Of a stretch of DNA of 64,000 nt, positions 58,079 to 64,000 are shown piece by piece (the first letter of the stretch is position 1; every line of letters starts with the position of its first letter). Source of the DNA: a virus. Lineage: Duplodnaviria; Caudoviricetes. The stretch spans positions 1 to 64,000 of IMG/VR virus record IMGVR_UViG_2775507133_000001; one strand, 5' to 3'. Under the pieces are notes generated by a model that saw only the letters and a program-made list of their open reading frames with translations, had not been told where the DNA came from and did no database searches. The position numbers and the translations under genes were made by a program.

Positions 58079-58351
58079 TCAGAACTGTTCGAGGACGGTG
58101 AGGGCGACGCCCATGTGCCGGGCGAAGTCCCAGGGGGCGATCTGCTCGATGTCGGCATCCTCGATGGCCTCGGCGATGACCTTGGCGATGGGCTCGGCTT
58201 CCCGGGGGAGCTTCTTGGAGACCAGGTCGCCGGCCAGGCCGACGTAGCGGACCGCGATGCCGGGGTGGAGCTCGCTGACGTAGAGGCCTTCGTACTGTTC
58301 GGCGAGGAGGTCCGCGAGGCGGTCGTTGTCGGCGGTGAAGATGGCGTCCAT
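58079..58351 (-). CDS. Small acidic hypothetical protein
   Basis: GGGAG RBS; first gene after R7. Confidence 0.65.
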   Translation of the reverse strand: MDAIFTADNDRLADLLAEQYEGLYVSELHPGIAVRYVGLAGDLVSKKLPREAEPIAKVIAEAIEDADIEQIAPWDFARHMGVALTVLEQF

Positions 58352-58379
58352 GCCGGGCTCCCATTCTGTTCAGGTTGGG

Positions 58380-58474
58380 ATTTTGAACTACTTTCATTCT
58401 GTCCGAATTGGCTTTGCCTATCCAGTTTTAACAAACTGGATAGGCAAAGAAACTCCCAGGAAAACCGCAGGTCA
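58380..58474 (-). promoter_or_regulatory. Early promoter/operator repeat R7
   Basis: Contains the perfect 17-bp inverted repeat CTTTGCCTATCCAGTTT-TAAC-AAACTGGATAGGCAAAG. Confidence 0.85.
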
Positions 58475-59602
58475 GGCGCCGCACAGGGCGAGCAGGTCGA
58501 GCTGCTCCGGGCCGCTGATGTCCGCCTCCAGCGCCGCCGGCCGCTCCTCGGCCGTCCACTGCATGTCGGGCAGCTTCGGCTTGGGCTGCGGGCTCACCGC
58601 TTCCTCGCGCAGCTCGTCGACCACCTGCTCGGGGATCCCGTACACCCTGACCTCCATGTCGGTGGGCACCCACCCGGCGGGCACCCGGGACAGCGCCGGG
58701 TTGCTCACCTCGTTGACCTTTTGCCACGCGCGGAGCATCCGCGCCTGACGCTCCTCCCAGGCGTACAGCTCCTCCTGCGCCTCCATGAGCGCGATGCGCT
58801 GCGCCTCCCGCCGCACCTCCTCCTGGTTCCACTGGGCCATCCGCCGGTGGGCCTCCGCGCCCCGGAACAGCGGGGGCAGCTCGGCCAGCTCCTCGCTGCG
58901 CGTCTTGTCGGCCGGGACCGGCTGCCACTTCCGCCACAGGCGCGCGGCGGTCCGCCCGTCGGCGGTGACCAGGATGCGCCGACGGCCGACCGCGTCGGGC
59001 TCGCCGATGACGAGGAACCCCGCCTCCACGAGCGGGCGCAGCCGGTGGTCGGAGACGACGCGGCCCGGGGCGCCCGGCATGTCCTGCCGCCGCAGGGTGC
59101 CGTCGACCGGGTGCCGGTAGAGCAGGCTGTCGGCCGCCGCGAGGACCAGGTCCGCCTGGCCTTCGGACCAGCCGAGGCGTCCGGCCTGGGTGCGCTCGAA
59201 GCGCCGCTGGACCCGCTCGTCGACCTCGGGCAGCGGGGTGGGCGGCGTACCGGCCGGGGCCGGTTCCGGCTTCGCCGGCTCCTCGAGGGCCGCCGCCGCG
59301 GCGGGCGGCACCTCGCGGACCCTGCCGCCGTAGTTCGCGACGGTCGTCATCGGCCGCTCCTTCTTGTCGTAGCGGACCGAGACCCGGTACGGGTAGCCCG
59401 CCTCGTCCGAGAGGTGCTCGATCTCGTCGGCGTGCTCGGCGATCACCTCGTCCGCGTGGGCGGTGAGGACGACGACGAACGTGCCGATGCGCTCGCCGTT
59501 CTGGTAGTCGCCGGTGACGCGAAAGTCGCGGCCGCGGCCCTGGGTGAGGCCGAGGCCCCGCAGGATGCGGGCGATCGCGGTGACGTGAGGCATGGCGGCC
59601 AT
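58472..59602 (-). CDS. Hypothetical protein (wHTH-like middle, C-terminal QLDLL)
   Basis: 376-aa ORF, first after R8. Confidence 0.65.
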   Translation of the reverse strand: MAAMPHVTAIARILRGLGLTQGRGRDFRVTGDYQNGERIGTFVVVLTAHADEVIAEHADEIEHLSDEAGYPYRVSVRYDKKERPMTTVANYGGRVREVPPAAAAALEEPAKPEPAPAGTPPTPLPEVDERVQRRFERTQAGRLGWSEGQADLVLAAADSLLYRHPVDGTLRRQDMPGAPGRVVSDHRLRPLVEAGFLVIGEPDAVGRRRILVTADGRTAARLWRKWQPVPADKTRSEELAELPPLFRGAEAHRRMAQWNQEEVRREAQRIALMEAQEELYAWEERQARMLRAWQKVNEVSNPALSRVPAGWVPTDMEVRVYGIPEQVVDELREEAVSPQPKPKLPDMQWTAEERPAALEADISGPEQLDLLALCGA

Positions 59603-59629
59603 GAGACGTCCTTCCGGGCTGGTTGGTGT

Positions 59630-59708
59630 GGTTTGAACTACTTACATCCTTCCCTATATGGCTTTGCCTAGCTAGTTTTACCAAACCAATTAGGCAAAAA
59701 ATCTTCTA
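59630..59708 (-). promoter_or_regulatory. Early promoter/operator repeat R8 (lacks the TGACCTGC end)
   Basis: Core consensus match. Confidence 0.8.
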
Positions 59709-60599
59709 TGATGCCGGGCCCGCGAGGTGGGCGCGCAGGGCGCCGCCGGCCGCGAGGACGCGCTCGGTGGTCCAGCCGGACCCGGTGAGCGTCAACCGGC
59801 CCCACTCCCGCAGCTCCCGGTCGCGGGCGACGATCCGCACGCTGTACGGCGAGACGGCCGCCGCGAACCGGTAGGCGCCGACAGGCTCGGGGGCCAGCTG
59901 GATGTCCTGCCACCAGCGGACGGGCACGCGTTCCTCGTCCGCCCCGTCCGGGCCCGGGCAGGCGTGGCTGATCGCGTTCAGCAGCTCCTCGTCGTGCGTG
60001 CACGCGCCGCCGCCGCAGTGGAGCATCGCAACCCCGGTGGAGGCCACGGCGAACGAGTGCCGGGTGAACGACGCCCGCGCCTTGGAGCGGATGCTGACGC
60101 CGACGGCGGGGACGCGGGTGGTGCGCTCCAGCCAGAACCCGTCGCCGTGCTCGTCGACGTACGCGCGGCCGACCTCCCAGCCGTGCACGCGCACGACGTC
60201 CTCCCACGACCAGGGCCGCCGGTCGCGGTAGTCGCGGTCGTCGGGGCCGAGGGTGGGCCACAGCCGCCACCCGGCCGGGCCCGCGAACATGGCGTCCGGC
60301 GGGTACACCGGTTCGACGCGCACCAGGACGCGGGGCGCGTTGAACGGAACAACTGTGCACTGGTCGTGCAGCGCGGCCAGCAGCGGGCAGGCGTCGCACT
60401 TCCCGCCGTTCACGCACGGGCCGAAGCCGCCCCAGCGGGCGCGGCGCGTGTCCTGGGACTCCAGCAGGGCGGCCCACCGCTGGGGGCGCAGCGCGCACTG
60501 GGCGGCCTGCCCGAAGTGCGCGTTGAGCGACAGGCGGTTCCAGCCCTTGCCGTCGGGGCCGCCGGGCGCGGCTTCGGGGGCGGTCAGGTGGATCGGCAT
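59706..60599 (-). CDS. Hypothetical protein
   Basis: GAAGGA RBS; Cys cluster. Confidence 0.6.
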   Translation of the reverse strand: MPIHLTAPEAAPGGPDGKGWNRLSLNAHFGQAAQCALRPQRWAALLESQDTRRARWGGFGPCVNGGKCDACPLLAALHDQCTVVPFNAPRVLVRVEPVYPPDAMFAGPAGWRLWPTLGPDDRDYRDRRPWSWEDVVRVHGWEVGRAYVDEHGDGFWLERTTRVPAVGVSIRSKARASFTRHSFAVASTGVAMLHCGGGACTHDEELLNAISHACPGPDGADEERVPVRWWQDIQLAPEPVGAYRFAAAVSPYSVRIVARDRELREWGRLTLTGSGWTTERVLAAGGALRAHLAGPAS

Positions 60600-60657
60600 C
60601 GGGTTCCTTCTCTCTGGGGTGCGGGCCCCGGCCCGGGTTGGGCCGGGGCGAGGGTGG

Positions 60658-61314
60658 TCAGCGGGTGAAGCGGTCGGCGTTCACGGCGATCCAGCAGGCC
60701 AGGGACAGGGCGGTCGCCGCGCACTCCTGGGCGAGAGGCAGACCGGCCGGGGCGGAGAACAGCTCGTCGAGGTACGTGCCGTCGCCCGCGTACAGGGACG
60801 CGGTCCACGGCTCGTCGTGCTGGTCGGCGGGGCGGGCCGCGTCCTCCCCGGAGTGCAGCAGGACCTTCGTCCCGGTGTGCGCGGCGGCTTCGGTGTCCGC
60901 CCGGTCGACGGCGACGAGGACGTAGGACACGCCGCCGTCCTCCGCGTGGAACGAGGGGAGTCCGAAGGCGGCCAGCGCGGCGCGCAGCTTGTCGCCTTCG
61001 GTGGGGCCGCTGTCGGCTGCGGCCTGGGCCGCTTCCCGGTACATGGCGCCCAGCTCGGTGCCGGTGGCGTCCGGTCCGGCGGCGAGGCCGGCCGTGATGA
61101 ACGCGGCGCGCAGCCCGGTCAGGTCGTAGTCGCGGAGCCGGGTCATGACGCGCTCGGTCATGCCGAGGTGCGCCTCGCAGGAGGCGAGGCCGAGTCCGCT
61201 GGTGGCCTTCACGGTGCGGGTGGCCCGGGTCTCCCTGTCGAGGATCTGGCAGGCGATGCAGGGCATCGTGAACCAGCTCGGGGAGTCGTCGGTGCGGGTG
61301 GCGAACGTGATCAC
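60658..61314 (-). CDS. Hypothetical protein (domain shared with 62351-63196)
   Basis: AGGAG RBS; CIAC; LAAFGL...GVSY...WT. Confidence 0.6.
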   Translation of the reverse strand: MITFATRTDDSPSWFTMPCIACQILDRETRATRTVKATSGLGLASCEAHLGMTERVMTRLRDYDLTGLRAAFITAGLAAGPDATGTELGAMYREAAQAAADSGPTEGDKLRAALAAFGLPSFHAEDGGVSYVLVAVDRADTEAAAHTGTKVLLHSGEDAARPADQHDEPWTASLYAGDGTYLDELFSAPAGLPLAQECAATALSLACWIAVNADRFTR

Positions 61315-61337
61315 GGTTCTCTCCTGTTTGGGGCGGG

Positions 61338-61847
61338 TCAGCTGGTGGTGGGCGCGCTGCCGTGGCGGCGCAGGTCGGTGGCGACGGCCGCGGCGAGGCG
61401 GTCGTGCTGGCGGTGGAGCTTGATCAGGCCGGTGAACGCGGCAGCCATCACGTCGTCGTCGCGGGAGCTGAGGTGGCCCAGCTCGACGAGCGCGAGGCGG
61501 CGGGCGCGCAGGTCGCGGTCCGCGGCGGCGACCTGGTCGCGGCTGGTGGTGAGCGGCCGCATCGTCGGGAGGGCGCCGGTCACCGGGGCGGTGGCGTAGC
61601 CGAGGACCGCGACCGGGACCATGAAGTCGTCGCGGGTGAGCATCTCGGTCGCCTCGGCGAGGGCGTCGGCCGCTTCCTGGGGCAGCTGGCCGGGCTCGTC
61701 GACCGGGTACGCGGTCAGGGCTATCGCCGCGTCCTCGATGGCGCCGGCCAGGGCGTCGATCAGGTAGCGGTGCGGGTGGTAGGCGCGGCCGCGCACGACC
61801 CGGGCGAGGGTCATCAGGCGGCGGGTGGTCAGCAGGTATGCGGACAC
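61338..61847 (-). CDS. Hypothetical protein
   Basis: AAGGAG RBS before GTG. Confidence 0.6.
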   Translation of the reverse strand: MSAYLLTTRRLMTLARVVRGRAYHPHRYLIDALAGAIEDAAIALTAYPVDEPGQLPQEAADALAEATEMLTRDDFMVPVAVLGYATAPVTGALPTMRPLTTSRDQVAAADRDLRARRLALVELGHLSSRDDDVMAAAFTGLIKLHRQHDRLAAAVATDLRRHGSAPTTS

Positions 61848-61867
61848 GGCGCGCTCTCCTTCCTGGG

Positions 61868-62212
61868 TTATGCGGCGGCTACGAGGTGGGCGGCCACGGA
61901 GTGGTAGCAGCGGACGGAGCGCAGGCCGGCCGGGCAGTTGCACTGGCCGGTAGCTGCGGTCCGGTACAGCTCGGTGCCGTCGTCGGAGACGACGAGGAAG
62001 ATCCGGTTCTGGCGGAGCGGGACGATCGCACCGAGCTCCAGCAGCTCCATCGCCTTCGCGGTCTGCCACTTCGGGTGCGTGGTGTCGGTGCGCGCGGCGC
62101 GGCGCAGCTTGGCCCGGCATTTGGGGCCGTAGCCGTCGGGGGTCGGCTTGCGGAGCGGGCGGCGGCACTTGAGGCATCTCCCGTGTTCGGTCGCCTTCGT
62201 GTGTGCGCGCAC
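61868..62212 (-). CDS. DUF6011-like zinc finger + SWIM-like zinc finger protein
   Basis: CLKCRRPL...GYGPKC and CNCP......CYH. Confidence 0.7.
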   Translation of the reverse strand: MRAHTKATEHGRCLKCRRPLRKPTPDGYGPKCRAKLRRAARTDTTHPKWQTAKAMELLELGAIVPLRQNRIFLVVSDDGTELYRTAATGQCNCPAGLRSVRCYHSVAAHLVAAA

Positions 62213-62238
62213 GCCCGTTCCCCTTACTGGTTGGTGGT

Positions 62239-62334
62239 GGTTTGAACTACTTCCATCCTTTCCTGAATCGACTTTGCCTAGCCAGTTTAAATAAGCTGAG
62301 TAGGCAAAGGTTCAGTCAAGAAAACCGCAGGTCA
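62239..62334 (-). promoter_or_regulatory. Early promoter/operator repeat R9
   Basis: Match to the consensus including TGACCTGCGGTTTT. Confidence 0.85.
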
Positions 62335-62350
62335 CAGGGCCTGCGGCTGG

Positions 62351-63196
62351 CTACTGGCTGGCGGGGCGCACGCAGTCATCGTGCCGGTGGCAGTTGCACC
62401 GCCCGCACCCGGCGCACATCATGTCGGCCTCCAGGTCGCAGAACCCGCAGCCGCCCGTCAGCTCCAGCTCCAGGTGCTCGACGATCTCCGCCCGGTCGCG
62501 CGGGTTCTTCGGGTCGAGCGGCCGCGTCGCCGGCCGCTGCCGGTGGGCGCGCACCCGGTCGGCGATGGCCCGGGCTGCCGCGGCCGAGTCCGCCGCGCAG
62601 TCGACGAGGCCGCCGTCGCCCGTGCTGAACACCGGGCCGCCGACGGGCTCGCCGTTATGGTCGTGCACGCACACCGTCCAGCCGGTGTGCGCCGACGGCA
62701 TGCGATCGATCGACGGGCTGCGGTCCCCGACGCTCAGGTGCAGCCCGTCCCGCACCCGGTCCGGGGCCACACCGTCCTCGAGCGCGATGGCGTAGCTCAT
62801 GCCGACGTCGTCCGTGTACGCGGTCAGGCCGTGGACGGCGAGCGCCTCCAAGAGCACCTGCCCGGCCGTGACGACCGGGTCGGCGAACCACTCGGCGACC
62901 GCCTTCGCGCACTGCACGGCCTCCAGGTCGAGGGCGCGCGGCACGGGCGTGGCGTACGCGGTGCCGGTCTGCGTGAAGTCGGGGCGGCCGTCGGGCTCCC
63001 AGGCGTCCGCCGAGAACTCCACGCTGTCGGGGGCGGTGCCGGTCCAGTCGATGACGATGTGCTCGCGGTCGAGGGCCTCGGCGGGGCTGACGGACGCCGG
63101 GTAGGCGACGATGAGCTGCTCGTCGTCGTGCCAGTGCCCGGCCATGCCGGCTTCGGTGAGCGCGGCGAACACCGTGGTGGACACCAGGTCGAACAT
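62351..63196 (-). CDS. Hypothetical protein with C-terminal Cys cluster
   Basis: CGFC...CAGCGRCNC. Confidence 0.6.
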   Translation of the reverse strand: MFDLVSTTVFAALTEAGMAGHWHDDEQLIVAYPASVSPAEALDREHIVIDWTGTAPDSVEFSADAWEPDGRPDFTQTGTAYATPVPRALDLEAVQCAKAVAEWFADPVVTAGQVLLEALAVHGLTAYTDDVGMSYAIALEDGVAPDRVRDGLHLSVGDRSPSIDRMPSAHTGWTVCVHDHNGEPVGGPVFSTGDGGLVDCAADSAAAARAIADRVRAHRQRPATRPLDPKNPRDRAEIVEHLELELTGGCGFCDLEADMMCAGCGRCNCHRHDDCVRPASQ

Positions 63197-63243
63197 GGGC
63201 GATCCCTTCATGCGGTCGGGGAGGGGGCAGGGGTGGGGGCCGC

Positions 63244-63897
63244 TCACAGGGTGCGCTCGACGATCACGATGTCCCACGCGGCGGTGGCGACGGGCACGGT
63301 GAACGTCCAGCGGCCCCGGTAGGTGCGGCGCCGGTCGTCCTCGCTGACGCCCTCGACGAGCGCCCACCACTCCGCGCTGTCCGCCTCGGGGAGGATCCGC
63401 ACGCCGGTGTCGATGACGTGCAGGCGGGCGCCGAAGTGGCGCAGGATGTCGCCGGCCTCGACGAGCATCCGAGGGGTCTCGACGGGCACCGGCAGGCCCG
63501 CAGCGGTGCGGGCGGTCTCGGCTGCGGCCGGGTCGGCGAGCGCGTAGCCCAGCTCGATCGCGGTCTGCTCGGCGAGGTCGACGCTGCGGGTCCAGTAGCC
63601 CTCGGAGTAGTCGCGGGCGGGCTTGCCGAGGTTGCTGTACGGGTGGAACGCGCCGTGCTGCTCGGTGATGGCCACCGGCATGACGACGACGACGAACGCG
63701 ACGACCTGCTCGGACTCGACGACCAGGATGTCTCCGTCGGCGGCCTGGTCGCGGTCCACGGCCGTACGGGCGTCGGCGCTGCTGGCGAAGCGCCACACCT
63801 TGGGCGGCTTGATGGCATCGGCCTGGGCGCGGGCGGTGTCGACGGCCTCGATGATCTGGCCGAGCTGTTCCGCCGCGCGGATGAGGTTGCTGCTCAC
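63244..63897 (-). CDS. Hypothetical protein
   Basis: AAGGA RBS; first gene after R10. Confidence 0.6.
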   Translation of the reverse strand: MSSNLIRAAEQLGQIIEAVDTARAQADAIKPPKVWRFASSADARTAVDRDQAADGDILVVESEQVVAFVVVVMPVAITEQHGAFHPYSNLGKPARDYSEGYWTRSVDLAEQTAIELGYALADPAAAETARTAAGLPVPVETPRMLVEAGDILRHFGARLHVIDTGVRILPEADSAEWWALVEGVSEDDRRRTYRGRWTFTVPVATAAWDIVIVERTL

Positions 63898-63926
63898 GGT
63901 CTGTCCTTCCTTGCCTGGTCTGTTGG

Positions 63927-64000
63927 GTTTTGGACTACTTCCATTCTTTCCTGAATCGACTTTGATTAGCCAGTTTTACCAAGCCTGCTCAGTAAAGTAT
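63927..64000 (-). promoter_or_regulatory. Early promoter/operator repeat R10 (cut by the window edge)
   Basis: Core consensus match. Confidence 0.8.

Larger units (their letters stand above)
1..64000 (-). mobile_element. Siphovirus-type prophage or phage-plasmid segment (early region, DNA modification/packaging, head, tail, lysis); boundaries not visible
   Basis: Canonical gene order terminase-portal-MuF/protease-capsid-tail-tape measure-lysis on the minus strand; ParB present; no integrase in the window. Confidence 0.9.

Noticed and set aside
45167-64000. ~95-bp repeats as a CRISPR array or classical integron attC sites
   Set aside because: Spacing is 0.9-3.7 kb and filled with genes; no cas genes, integron integrase or attC R/L box structure is visible

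Overview
High-GC actinobacterial (Streptomyces-like) DNA holding a large piece of a siphovirus-type prophage or phage-plasmid, almost all on the minus strand. Read right to left there are five blocks. (1) About 40-64 kb: an early/establishment region of short genes, split into modules by ten copies of a ~95-bp promoter/operator repeat. It includes ParB/Spo0J, several methyltransferase-fold proteins, an intein-containing C5 DNA methyltransferase, a PAPS-reductase-family protein and two stand-alone ComM/ChlI N-terminal-domain proteins. (2) 34-39 kb: an unannotated, non-canonical tRNA-Gly(UCC), then an adenine-MTase/GNAT(Mom-like) fusion, a ParB-like protein, and small and large terminase. (3) 22.8-32 kb: head genes (portal, a MuF-2H phosphoesterase-protease fusion, major capsid). 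(4) 18.2-22.6 kb: a cargo island (ATP-dependent ligase, lamin-tail protein, secreted HNH nuclease, two lower-GC membrane ORFs). (5) 2.8-18 kb: tail and lysis genes, followed by an XRE regulator. No integrase or replicase is visible. The best candidate for a new system is the tRNA-Gly, which has features of non-proteinogenic glycyl-donor tRNAs and sits directly upstream of the Mom-like DNA-modification/packaging operon. Two conserved RNA-like hairpin families and the cassette-like promoter array are also notable. All family assignments come from reading motifs by eye; no database search was run.
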